DNA of 64,000 nt from IMG/VR virus record IMGVR_UViG_3300007352_000001, positions 124,001 through 188,000 of that record. The stretch is one strand, 5' to 3'. The position numbers and the translations under genes were made by a program. The stretch's first letter is position 1. Every line of letters begins with the position of its first letter. The notes beneath the pieces are model-generated. The model ran no database searches. It was not told the origin of the DNA and was given only the letters and a program-made list of their open reading frames with translations. Below are positions 35,038 through 44,344 of this stretch, piece by piece.

Positions 35038-36071
35038 TCAATCGCACCCAAGCCGTGCCGCTCGTGTACGTCACTGGGGAGGAGCGCAGGCAGCTGCTGC
35101 GCTACGCGTATATCGCTGCGCGGTTCGGCAACCAGCTCCTCACGTCCCAGTACGCGCAGTTCACCGCCCGACAGCAGATCGCGGCGCTCGCCGAGCAACA
35201 CCAGGTGCCTGAGAAAGAGCTGCTGAAGGCGTGGACGGTCTATCGGGACTTCGCCGACGAGCTGTCAGGCTACGTCCGCGATGCCGTGCAGCGGGAAGTG
35301 CAAGGGATCTGGAAGCGCCTTTTCAAAGACATCATGGCTGGCCGGCAGACGCTGGCCTGTTTCAGGATGCACCGGGCGCTCTCGATCCGCGGGCGCGGTG
35401 TCACGCTGTTCAAGGACCAGGACAGTGCGTACCACTTCACGTTCCGCTTCGGGCCACGGTCGGGTGCGCCGACCCAGCTCTCAGTGTACATGGACACGTT
35501 GTGCCGCAATCCGTTTCTCGAAGCGTTGCTCGACAAGCTGATCGACGGCACCACGTACGAGATCACTCACGCGACGATTCGGATCCCACGCACCGGCAAC
35601 AAGCTGAAGGTGCTGCTGGGTTACCGGAAACCGGCTGTCGCGCAGCTGGTGCATGAGACGCGAGCCTTGGTCGCGCTCGAAGCGGGCGTGCTCGTTGTGC
35701 GCTGCGGCTCGACCATGATGACGCTTGGGGACCGTGTCTACCGCCTCCGTGAGATGAAGCTCCACCTCGACGGGATCCAGCGGCGCTTGCGCGCCACGCT
35801 CAATCGTCGCAGCCGGCGTGGGGAGTATCGCCGCCAGCTCGCACACGCGCAGAGCTTCGAGGAGTGGGCGCGGACTCCACTGCATCAGCTAAGCAGTGAG
35901 ATCGTCACGTGGGCACAGCGAGCCGGGGCCGGCCAACTCGTCTATATGATGCCGAGCACGGCCGACCTGCCCTGGGCGACGCTGCATCAGCAACTGGAGT
36001 ACAAGAGCGCTGAGCACGGCATGCGGTACGAACGAAGAGAGACGAAAGTTGAAAAGTCTGACGAGCCGTAG
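34845..36071 (+). CDS. TnpB/Cas12f-like protein with degenerate RuvC (nuclease-dead); true start uncertain, possibly near 35035-35055
   Basis: DIMAGRQTLACFR, LHQLSSEIV.WA, W..L.QQLEYKSAEHGM; RuvC-I Asp and RuvC-II Glu positions not acidic; no zinc finger or RuvC-III. Confidence 0.7.
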   Translation: MLEDTTTGGADPSRSALAEYRRHKVTRGDLHPPHAYQPVVEGEGGASTLPRPSEGSETGPALGQVNRTQAVPLVYVTGEERRQLLRYAYIAARFGNQLLTSQYAQFTARQQIAALAEQHQVPEKELLKAWTVYRDFADELSGYVRDAVQREVQGIWKRLFKDIMAGRQTLACFRMHRALSIRGRGVTLFKDQDSAYHFTFRFGPRSGAPTQLSVYMDTLCRNPFLEALLDKLIDGTTYEITHATIRIPRTGNKLKVLLGYRKPAVAQLVHETRALVALEAGVLVVRCGSTMMTLGDRVYRLREMKLHLDGIQRRLRATLNRRSRRGEYRRQLAHAQSFEEWARTPLHQLSSEIVTWAQRAGAGQLVYMMPSTADLPWATLHQQLEYKSAEHGMRYERRETKVEKSDEP

Positions 36072-36125
36072 CAACAATCGTTGAGCCGGCTCGCACGGGG
36101 CGGGCCATTGTGGAAGGAGTGAGCA

Positions 36126-36737
36126 ATGATGCGGATCAAGATCGGTGAGGGTGACGAGGCCGACGACTACGGCGTCGGGTTCGGATACCAGGAGAAGCGG
36201 CGCGGCCGGACGCGGAAGCAGGGCGGAACCCCGCACTTGTCGGTCACAACGACGGCGATCGTCCAGCTGCCCAAGCGGTTCCAGTTTGCCGATGTGTTCG
36301 GCGTCGGGCCGCACCAGACGGACGAGGACGGCACTCTGCGCGGGGTCGTGACGATCCACGATGACGAGGGTGACCCGACGTTGACGGCCGAGGAACGCGC
36401 CAAGCACGCGTTCGTGGTCGAAGTCGTGCAACCGAAGGGCAAGGACGAGGCGCTCGATCGCGTCATGCTGATCGCCAGAACACGGTGCCACTCAGTGGCG
36501 GACGTCTACGATCGCGGCCGTGGCCGGCGCGGGGCGTTGCGCCGAGTGCTGACCGGGTTCAAGCAACTGCTTCCTGACGTCTATCTCGCCAAGGGCGATC
36601 GCCGCAGCGTACTCGCCAAGCAGATCTGGGCGATGTACTTCGACCGCACGCGGGACGGCGTCGAGTTTGGCATGCGCGGCCCGTTTCTGAAGACGGACAA
36701 GAAAGAGGCTGTGCTGGATCCCGCTCCTTTGGAGTGA
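36126..36737 (+). CDS. hypothetical phage protein
   Basis: SD GGAG; C...D.YDR..GR..ALRR motif. Confidence 0.65.
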   Translation: MMRIKIGEGDEADDYGVGFGYQEKRRGRTRKQGGTPHLSVTTTAIVQLPKRFQFADVFGVGPHQTDEDGTLRGVVTIHDDEGDPTLTAEERAKHAFVVEVVQPKGKDEALDRVMLIARTRCHSVADVYDRGRGRRGALRRVLTGFKQLLPDVYLAKGDRRSVLAKQIWAMYFDRTRDGVEFGMRGPFLKTDKKEAVLDPAPLE

Positions 36738-36739
36738 CC

Positions 36740-38167
36740 ATGTCCTTGAAGTACCGCGCAGAGTTGCACGGGACGAACCACTACGTGTTGCCGCGCATCG
36801 GCACGATGCGGTGCGACGTGCACGCGTTCATGTCCCCAGAGCTGTACACGATCAGCGACGAAGGCACCTGGCAACAAGCCTTCGACGCTGCGTCGTACCC
36901 GAACGTGCGCGGAGTCTACCTGATGCCCGACTGCCATCTCGGGTACGGCATCCCGGTTGGCGGTGTAGTTGTCACCGACGGCGTGATCATCCAGTCGGGG
37001 TCGGGGTACGACATCTCATGCGGTGTCATCTACATGCGCTTGCCGGGAGTCACCGCAGCCGACGTCGTTGACTGGGAGCGCCGGCTGCGATGGGTGCGGG
37101 AAGTCGAGCTGCGGGTGGCCACTGGTGTCGGCCGGCACCGCCCGAAGCTCGCCCCCAAGATCACTGGTCGGATGATCGCCGAGGTCTTGCTCCACGGTGC
37201 CAAGCCCTTGGGCGTGTCGGCCGACGTGTGCGAGCGGCAGTTCATCCAGGTCGACGAGAAGCACTTCGACTCACAGCGGGTCGAGCGCGCCATCGAGCGT
37301 GCTGGCGACCAGCTTGGCTCGGTCGGCGGCGGCAACCACTTCATCGAGCTGCAGGTGGATCGAGACACCGGTGAGGTGTGGGCGATGGTGCACTGTGGCA
37401 GCCGCGGCTTTGGTTGGCAGACGGCCAACCACTTTTTCTTCGCGGGCGCGGAAGCGCGCGGCCTGCCGAAGAACCGGCGCGAGTCGTCGTGGCTGTACGC
37501 CGACGAAGAAGTCGGGAAGCAGTATTGGGCGCATCACAACGCGGCGGCGAACTACGCGATCGCCAACCGGCACATGATCGTCGAAGGCGTGCGCGAGGCG
37601 ACGCAGGAAGTGTTCGCGGCGAGCCCAGAGGTCTACTTCGAGATCTCGCACAACCTCGTGCAAGACGAGCGCGTGCTCGTGCCTGGTGCGGACGGCTCCT
37701 ACGAGTTTGTGCGTGGGTTCGTGCACCGTAAAGGCGCGACGCGCGCCTTCCCGGCACACCACCCCGATCTCGTCGGGACGAAGTGGGAAGAGACTGGGCA
37801 CCCGTGTCTGATTCCAGGCTCGATGCTCGACGGAGCTGCGATCTTGTTCCCGACCTTCCGCACGGTGGAGAGCGGGTTCTCAGTCAACCACGGCTCGGGT
37901 CGTGCCGTGGCGCGTGGACAGGCCAAGCGAGATCTCGAACCGCTGCAAGAGGACATCGACACCGAAATGCGGACGATCCGCCGCACAGTCGGCCCCGACC
38001 GGGTCGAGATCGTGGGCATTGTTGGCAACACAGCGAAGACGCCACTCGATGAGTGCGGACACGTCTACAAGAAGCTCGACCAGGTTGTAGGATCGCTGGT
38101 TGATGCCGGCGTGGCCACCGTTAGTGCGCGACTGTATCCCGTGGCGAACTTGAAAGGGACGGACTGA
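36740..38167 (+). CDS. rtcB: RtcB RNA 3'-phosphate/5'-OH ligase
   Basis: MPDCHLGYGIPVGG, DISCG, QLGSVGGGNHFIE, HCGSRGFG, HN, HRKGAT, IPGSM, HGSGR. Confidence 0.96.
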   Translation: MSLKYRAELHGTNHYVLPRIGTMRCDVHAFMSPELYTISDEGTWQQAFDAASYPNVRGVYLMPDCHLGYGIPVGGVVVTDGVIIQSGSGYDISCGVIYMRLPGVTAADVVDWERRLRWVREVELRVATGVGRHRPKLAPKITGRMIAEVLLHGAKPLGVSADVCERQFIQVDEKHFDSQRVERAIERAGDQLGSVGGGNHFIELQVDRDTGEVWAMVHCGSRGFGWQTANHFFFAGAEARGLPKNRRESSWLYADEEVGKQYWAHHNAAANYAIANRHMIVEGVREATQEVFAASPEVYFEISHNLVQDERVLVPGADGSYEFVRGFVHRKGATRAFPAHHPDLVGTKWEETGHPCLIPGSMLDGAAILFPTFRTVESGFSVNHGSGRAVARGQAKRDLEPLQEDIDTEMRTIRRTVGPDRVEIVGIVGNTAKTPLDECGHVYKKLDQVVGSLVDAGVATVSARLYPVANLKGTD

Positions 38168-38274
38168 CGCTGGGCCTTGCTCGTGGTGGGGTGAGGTCCG
38201 GTTCTGCCCGAGGCGGTTGGTGTTGGGAAGAGCGCCAGCCGTCTCGGGTTCCACCGAGTGAAAGGAGGAGGGCG

Positions 38275-38937
38275 ATGGCTGTTCGTGATCGGGTACACCG
38301 ATTGGTCACCGGTGCGTTTCATCAGATGATCTCTGCGATCGAGAACCAGGCTCCAGATGCCGTGATGGAGCAGGCGATTCGCGAGGCTGACGAGGCAACC
38401 GAGGAAGCTCGCAGTGAGTTGGCGCAAGTGCTGACGCGACAGCATTTGGCGTCGTCGCGTATCGCACGCGATACGGACGCGCTGCGCGCACTGGACGCGC
38501 AGGTGCAGTTGGCTCTGAAGGAGAAACGAGAGGACCTCGCGCGCGAAGCAGTCGCGCGGCAACTGGACCTCGAAGCGCAACTGTCGGTCGTGCAGGAGGC
38601 GGCGGATCACGAAGCGCATGCACGCGCTGACCTCGAACGCATGATCCTCGCGCTCGATGCCCAGCGGCGAGAGATGCGCGAGGAGTTGGCAGCGTTCCGC
38701 GCTCAGCAGGACCGGGCCGTTCCAGGCGTTGACGCACCACCGATGGGTGGCGTCACGGGGACCGTCGCGGAGCAGCGGGCTCGCCGGGCGAAAGAAGTGT
38801 TCGGCGATGTCATGAGCCGGCAGACGAATCTCCCGCGGCCACTCGGGTCCACCAGCAAGCTCCAAGAGTTGGCGGACCTGGAGCGGACACATCGGATTGA
38901 CGAACGACTCGCTGCTGCGAAGGCACAGCAAGGTTAG
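38275..38937 (+). CDS. pspA: PspA/IM30 family protein (second paralog)
   Basis: R..RLV....H..IS.IE..AP..V.EQAIRE, REDLAREA..RQ, I.ERLAA.K; SD AGGAGG. Confidence 0.85.
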   Translation: MAVRDRVHRLVTGAFHQMISAIENQAPDAVMEQAIREADEATEEARSELAQVLTRQHLASSRIARDTDALRALDAQVQLALKEKREDLAREAVARQLDLEAQLSVVQEAADHEAHARADLERMILALDAQRREMREELAAFRAQQDRAVPGVDAPPMGGVTGTVAEQRARRAKEVFGDVMSRQTNLPRPLGSTSKLQELADLERTHRIDERLAAAKAQQG

Positions 38938-38939
38938 CC

Positions 38940-39626
38940 GTGACTTCCTTCACCTTCCTGCTGCAGGCGGGCGTGTGGCCGTTCACGGCAAGCCTGTCCT
39001 TGGTCGTGGTGCTCGCGATCTTGGAGTTCATGACGTACGTGGCAGGCCTTGGTGGAATCACGCATGCATTCGAGCACGCCTTTGGTGTCGATCTCGATGG
39101 CGACTTCGACATGGCGCACCCAGATTTCTCTCACGGGGGCGTCTTCGTAAAGGCCGTGAACTGGGCGCGGGTGGGAGAACTTCCACTGTCGATCTTACTG
39201 ATCACGTGGTGGTTCCTCTTCGGCATCGTGGGGGTGGGGGCACAATACGCGTCGTCGATCGTGCTTGGTGGTGCCACGATGCCGTTTTGGATCGTGGTCT
39301 GGCCAGTGATGGCCGTGTCGATTGGCGCGTACCGAGGGTGCGCGCGGATCTTTGTGCGGGTCTTGCCGACTGATGTCGAGACGTACGCGGTCGAGCCGTC
39401 GTCGTTCGTCGGAAGGACGGCAACTGTGGTCATGGGTACGGCGACCGTGACCGCCCCTGCTCAAGCTCGCTTGGTGGATCAGTACGGGAACGCGCACTAC
39501 GTCATGGTCGAGCCGAGCGATCCAGAGCAGGCGTTCGCGCCTGGTGCCACCGTGCTGCTTGTTGAACAAAACGACGCGGTATTCCGCGTTATCAACCCGC
39601 CGAGCGCACTGTTACTCGGCACGTGA
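38940..39626 (+). CDS. YqiJ/DUF1449 NfeD-like inner membrane protein
   Basis: PF..SL..V..L..LE, PL.ILL, C-terminal OB fold G.A.V..G.A....PAQARL.DQYG..HYVMVEP. Confidence 0.85.
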   Translation: MTSFTFLLQAGVWPFTASLSLVVVLAILEFMTYVAGLGGITHAFEHAFGVDLDGDFDMAHPDFSHGGVFVKAVNWARVGELPLSILLITWWFLFGIVGVGAQYASSIVLGGATMPFWIVVWPVMAVSIGAYRGCARIFVRVLPTDVETYAVEPSSFVGRTATVVMGTATVTAPAQARLVDQYGNAHYVMVEPSDPEQAFAPGATVLLVEQNDAVFRVINPPSALLLGT

Positions 39627-39639
39627 TGGGGGAGAGCTG

Positions 39640-41436
39640 ATGGAAGGTTTGATCGGAATCGGGATGGTGGTCGCAGTCTGCATGGCCGGGCTGGGTGCGA
39701 TTGCCTTCATGATGTCGCGGCTCTACGTGCGCGCCACGCCCGAGTGGGCACTGGTCCGCAGCGGCTACCGCGGCAAGAAGGTTGTGATCGACGGCGGGTG
39801 CTTCGTCCTGCCGGTCTACCACGAGATCCAGCGGGTCAACATGAAGACGGTGAAGCTCGCCGTCACGCGCCAGCAGCGGGACTCGTTGATCACCAAGGAT
39901 CGGCTGCGCGTCGATGTCATCGTGGAGTTCTACGTCCGCGCCAAGCCGGACGCGACGGCGATCCCGGAAGCGGCTCGGACGCTCGGGGAGCGCACCGCCG
40001 ACCAAGCGGCGCTCAAGGATCTCATCGAGGGCAAAGCGGTCGGCGTGCTGCGTGCGGTTGCGGCGCGCATGACGATGGCAGAGCTGCACGAGGACCGGGC
40101 GAAGTTCGAGCAGGAAGTGCTGAACGGCGTGCAGAAGGACCTGACGAAGAACGGCCTCGAACTGGAGTCGTCGGCGATGACGCACTTCAACCAGACGGCC
40201 AAAGAGTTCTTTGTCGCCGAGAACGCCTTTGACGCCGAAGGGCTCGCAATGCTCACCGCTGCGGTCGAGCAGCGTCGGCAAGAGGTGAACAACATCGAGG
40301 TGACCACGCGCGTGGCGATCGAGACGCGCAATCTCGAAGGGCAGCGGCGATCGTTGCAACTCGCGCAGGATACGCAGGAGGCGATGCTGACTCAGCAGCT
40401 CGCCATCGAGACCGCCACTGCGCAGCGCAAACGTGAGATCGCACAACAGCAGGCAGAGCAGGATCGGCTGGCGCAAGAGGCGCAGATCGCCGCGCAACAG
40501 CAAGTGCAGCTGGCGTCGGTCGAAGCCGAACGGACTGTGCAAGAGGCGAAGGCGCAACAGCACGCCGCCGTGCAACAGGCGCAGATCGCTTCAGAGCGGG
40601 CGGTGAAGGTGGCCGACGAACAGCGCCAGCGTGATGTGGCGGTGGCGGCTGAGGAACGTCAGCGTGACGTGGAAGTGGCCAAACAGGAGCGCAACATCAA
40701 GGTGCAGACCAAGAGCGAGGAGCTGTCGGGTGCCACGGCCAGTGCTGAACGCGCTCGTGCCGAGGCGGTCGTAGCCGAGCAGCAGGTCATCACGGCCCAA
40801 GCGGTGGCCTCCGCGGATCGTGAGAAGCAAGTGGCGGTGATCGCGGCTGAGCGCGAGGCACAGCAGGGGGCGGTCGGCCTGGTGGTCAACGCCAAGGCGC
40901 ATGAGGATGCCGCCGCACACGAGGCCGCAGCTGTCATGGTGAGAGCGACGGCGGATACCGACGCCAAGCGCCTCGCCCTGGAGATCGCGGAGCGTGACTT
41001 CGCGGTCCGCGCCACGGGCACGCGGCTCTTGCACGAGTCCGAGAACGTGCTCGGGCAGTCGGCGATGGACTTGCGGCTGCGCCTGGCCCTGGTCGAGCAC
41101 GCCGCGGCGATGATCACTGCGGCCGGCAAGCCGGTCGAGCACATCAAGGATCTGCGGGTCATTGCCGTGCAGGGCATTCCGGGGCTGGCGGGGCCGTTGC
41201 CGGTGAACGGCGACGGCTCTACCGTTGCCAACGGCACTGGGCACGACGCCGGATTGCCCGACCAGATCGTCAATGCGGCCCTGCGTCACCAGGCGCTCGC
41301 GCCGCTGGTTGGGCTGTTGATGGGGGAGATCGGCATCGACCCCACGACCATGAATGGCATTGCTCGCCCTCTGACTGACATGGCGGTGGCGCGGCCCGCC
41401 CACCCAGCGAACGGAGATGCCCGAGCGTCGAGCTAA
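39640..41436 (+). CDS. flotillin/SPFH protein (YqiK-like)
   Basis: N-terminal TM, LITKDRLRVDV..EFYVR, DL.KNGLELES..MT..NQT, FDAEGL, AE-rich coiled coil. Confidence 0.92.
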   Translation: MEGLIGIGMVVAVCMAGLGAIAFMMSRLYVRATPEWALVRSGYRGKKVVIDGGCFVLPVYHEIQRVNMKTVKLAVTRQQRDSLITKDRLRVDVIVEFYVRAKPDATAIPEAARTLGERTADQAALKDLIEGKAVGVLRAVAARMTMAELHEDRAKFEQEVLNGVQKDLTKNGLELESSAMTHFNQTAKEFFVAENAFDAEGLAMLTAAVEQRRQEVNNIEVTTRVAIETRNLEGQRRSLQLAQDTQEAMLTQQLAIETATAQRKREIAQQQAEQDRLAQEAQIAAQQQVQLASVEAERTVQEAKAQQHAAVQQAQIASERAVKVADEQRQRDVAVAAEERQRDVEVAKQERNIKVQTKSEELSGATASAERARAEAVVAEQQVITAQAVASADREKQVAVIAAEREAQQGAVGLVVNAKAHEDAAAHEAAAVMVRATADTDAKRLALEIAERDFAVRATGTRLLHESENVLGQSAMDLRLRLALVEHAAAMITAAGKPVEHIKDLRVIAVQGIPGLAGPLPVNGDGSTVANGTGHDAGLPDQIVNAALRHQALAPLVGLLMGEIGIDPTTMNGIARPLTDMAVARPAHPANGDARASS

Positions 41437-41488
41437 GGTCGTTCGTGTCGGTGACCACAGTAGTGCGTCGGCGATCTCGATTGCGGTG

Positions 41489-41749
41489 ATGGGGCTGGCT
41501 CTCAAAGAGCAGCCCCTCACCAACGTCGAGCTGCAATACCTGCGCGAGCAGTCTGGGATCACGATCGACACGATGGCGAACGTGGTGTGTTTGACACCAC
41601 GGACTGTGCGTCGAATCGAGGACGGCAGATCAAAGCTGGCGTACGCCGCTGAGGCGCTCTGGCGCCTCGCTGCCGTTCACTGGTTCGCGGTCCGTGCAGA
41701 ACGATTCATCCTCTACAACCGACCCGCATCGAGACGGAGGGCTTCGTGA
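41489..41749 (+). CDS. XRE-family HTH protein
   Basis: L..LRE..GIT...MA..V.....TVRRIEDG. Confidence 0.65.
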   Translation: MGLALKEQPLTNVELQYLREQSGITIDTMANVVCLTPRTVRRIEDGRSKLAYAAEALWRLAAVHWFAVRAERFILYNRPASRRRAS

Positions 41750-43137
41750 TGTGGCGCATCAACCCGATCCTGTGCACGGACAGCTACAAGCACACGCACC
41801 ATCCGCAGCTGCCACCGGACGCCGAGGTCTTCTTCTCGTACTTCGAGGCGCGTGGTGGCGACTACCCAGCCACCAACTGGTTTGGGTTGCAGGCGATCAT
41901 CCAGGAGCACCTCATCGGTGAGGTCATCACCGACGAAGACATCTACGAGGCGCGCGACGTCGCCCGCTTCCTGCACGGCGGTGAGGATTACTTCAACATC
42001 GACGGGTGGCGGCGCATTGTGGGCGACCACGGCGGCAAGTACCCGGTGCGCATCCGCGCGGTACCCGAAGGCACCTGGGTGCCGACCTCGAACGTGCTCT
42101 ACACCATGGAGAACCGCGACAAGAAGCTGCCGTGGCTGAACAGCCACTTGGAGACCATGTGCGTGCAGTCGTGGTACCCGATGGGCGTCTCGACGCTGAG
42201 CGGTTTCCTGAAACCGATCTTTCAGCGGTATCTCGAACAGACCGGATCGCCGGAACTGCTCCGGACGAGACTCCATGACTTCGGGATCCGTGGCACAACC
42301 TGCATGCACCAAGCGGCACGCGGCGGTGCTGGGCACCTCGTGCACTTTGATGGCACCGACAACTACCCAGCGATGTTGCTGCTGCGCGACTTCTACGGCG
42401 GCAAGCTCTACGGCTCGTCGGTGCCGGCCGCGGAGCACTCGACGATCACGTCGTGGGGTCCTGAGCGTGAGCAGGATGCGTACGAGAACCTCCTGCGCCA
42501 ATACCCGCGCGGACTGGTCGCCCTGCCGACTGATTCGTACAACACGCTGAAAGCGATCCACATGTTGACTGTGACTCTGCGCGACTTGGTGGAAGCGCGC
42601 GACGGCGTCTTGGTCATGCGGCAGGACTCCGGTGACCCGAGTGAGACGATGCGCCAGGTCTTGGCGGTCGCCGGCCAGAACGCCGGGTACCACCTGAACG
42701 ACAAGAGCTACCGAGTGTTGAACCCGAAGTACCGGGTCCTGCAATCTGAAGGCGTGAATCGCGCCGAGATCAACCAGATGCTCTGGCTCCTCACCAACAA
42801 CACCTGGTCGATCGACAACATCGTCTTCGGCATGGGCGGTGCGCTTCTGCAGAAGCTCGATCGCGACACGTCTTTCTGCGCGTGCAAGTGCTCGTGGGTC
42901 GGGCTCTCTGACGGAACGGGCCGCGACGTCTACAAAATGGCGCCCGGCAAACGTTCCAAGCGCGGCCGACTGAAGCTCGTCGAACAGAAGGGCGAGCTGA
43001 CCACGGTCCGGCAGGAAGAAGCTGGCAAGGATCTCCTGGAGGACATCTACGACTGCGGCCAGCTGCTCAACCCGTACACCTTCGACCAGGTGCGAGCGAA
43101 CGCCGAAGCGTCTTGGCGTCCGCGGTGGGCGCACTGA
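41746..43137 (+). CDS. nadV: nicotinamide phosphoribosyltransferase (Nampt/NadV)
   Basis: TDSYK.TH..Q, LHDFG.RG, GTDN, SVPAAEHS, DSY, RQDSGDP, FGMGGALLQK..RD. Confidence 0.95.
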   Translation: MMWRINPILCTDSYKHTHHPQLPPDAEVFFSYFEARGGDYPATNWFGLQAIIQEHLIGEVITDEDIYEARDVARFLHGGEDYFNIDGWRRIVGDHGGKYPVRIRAVPEGTWVPTSNVLYTMENRDKKLPWLNSHLETMCVQSWYPMGVSTLSGFLKPIFQRYLEQTGSPELLRTRLHDFGIRGTTCMHQAARGGAGHLVHFDGTDNYPAMLLLRDFYGGKLYGSSVPAAEHSTITSWGPEREQDAYENLLRQYPRGLVALPTDSYNTLKAIHMLTVTLRDLVEARDGVLVMRQDSGDPSETMRQVLAVAGQNAGYHLNDKSYRVLNPKYRVLQSEGVNRAEINQMLWLLTNNTWSIDNIVFGMGGALLQKLDRDTSFCACKCSWVGLSDGTGRDVYKMAPGKRSKRGRLKLVEQKGELTTVRQEEAGKDLLEDIYDCGQLLNPYTFDQVRANAEASWRPRWAH

Positions 43138-43415
43138 TGGAGCTGAACGACACCACCTGGGTGCTGATCGGTGTGCCAGAGGCGCTCACCAAACTCGCTC
43201 CGGACGTCCACTGGTCACAGACCCACGTCTGCTGCACGTGCGGCGAGCGGCTCTACACCAACGAAGAGATGCGCGGGATTCTCGCCAGCGCCGACCATCA
43301 CATCCACACCGTGTGCTTTCGCTGTGGGCTGAGTCTTGCAGAGAAGCACAAGGATGACGTCGCGATCGAGTGGGTTGAGGAGATCGCGGAAGGCATGAAA
43401 GGGCCACTGCAATGA
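43137..43415 (+). CDS. hypothetical Cys-rich protein
   Basis: TGATG coupling; CxxC motifs. Confidence 0.6.
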   Translation: MELNDTTWVLIGVPEALTKLAPDVHWSQTHVCCTCGERLYTNEEMRGILASADHHIHTVCFRCGLSLAEKHKDDVAIEWVEEIAEGMKGPLQ

Positions 43416-44344
43416 CGGACATGCAGCCAGTCGAAGAGAGCGGTAGTCGTAGCGTCGGGATCGTGATCGGCCGCTTTCAGGCCCACGCGTTGCACCATGT
43501 GCACCGCTCGCTGATCGAGTATGTCATGGGGCAACACAGCCGCGTCGCGATCTTCCTGGGGGTCGCGCCGATCCCCGGCACGCCGCGCAACCCGCTCGAC
43601 TTCGAGACGCGCAAGCGCATGCTGCAGGACGTCTGGCCGGACCTGCCGGTGCTCGATCTGCACGACCGCCCGACCGACGACGAGTGGAGCCAACTGCTCG
43701 ACGAGCGCGTGCGCTCGCTCTATCCGACGCAGAAAGCCGTGCTCTACGGTGGGCGCGATTCGTTCATCAGTCACTACACCGGCCGGTTGCCGGCGCGTGA
43801 GCTGGAGCCGGCAACGTACGTAGCCCAAGTCTCAGCCACGCAGCTGCGCCAGCTTGCGGCCTCGGGCGTGGCGGCGTCAGAGGACTTCCGCCGCGGCGTG
43901 ATCTTCGGGGTCCACAACCGTTACACGCGCACCGCGATCCCCGCCGTCGACATCGCTGTGGTTCGTGGGGAGGAGCAGGTACTGCTCGGCCGCAAGCCGC
44001 ACGAGACCGGCTGGCGTTTCCCTGGCGGCATCGTCGAAGACGACGAAACCTACGAGCAGGCCGTGCTGCGGGAGTTGCGCGAGGAAGCCGGTGCGCTCGA
44101 CGTCGAGGACCTCCACTACTTGGCGAGCTTCAAGGTCGATGACTGGCGCTACCGCGGTGAAGCGATGGGCATCATGACCGCCTTCTATCGCGCGACGTGG
44201 GTCGCCGGTACGCCGCTGCCGGGCGATGATCTCGCCGAGGTCCGTTGGGCGGGGCTCGTGTCGCTCACGCAGGAGGAGATCGTCCCGTCGCACTGGCCCT
44301 TGGTGCAGAAGCTCTGGTACCCGCCGACTCGGACGGAACGCTGA
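43412..44344 (+). CDS. bifunctional NMN adenylyltransferase / Nudix hydrolase (NadM-Nudix type)
   Basis: IGRFQ..ALH..H, RNPL.F..R..M, VSAT..R, Nudix box PGG.VE..E....A..RELREE.G. Confidence 0.92.
   Translation: MTDMQPVEESGSRSVGIVIGRFQAHALHHVHRSLIEYVMGQHSRVAIFLGVAPIPGTPRNPLDFETRKRMLQDVWPDLPVLDLHDRPTDDEWSQLLDERVRSLYPTQKAVLYGGRDSFISHYTGRLPARELEPATYVAQVSATQLRQLAASGVAASEDFRRGVIFGVHNRYTRTAIPAVDIAVVRGEEQVLLGRKPHETGWRFPGGIVEDDETYEQAVLRELREEAGALDVEDLHYLASFKVDDWRYRGEAMGIMTAFYRATWVAGTPLPGDDLAEVRWAGLVSLTQEEIVPSHWPLVQKLWYPPTRTER

Noticed and set aside
34837-36125. CRISPR array beside the TnpB/Cas12f-like gene
   Set aside because: Only one repeat-like end is present; no repeat-spacer periodicity here or elsewhere in the window
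41713-43134. 473-aa minus-strand ORF
   Set aside because: Shadow of Nampt
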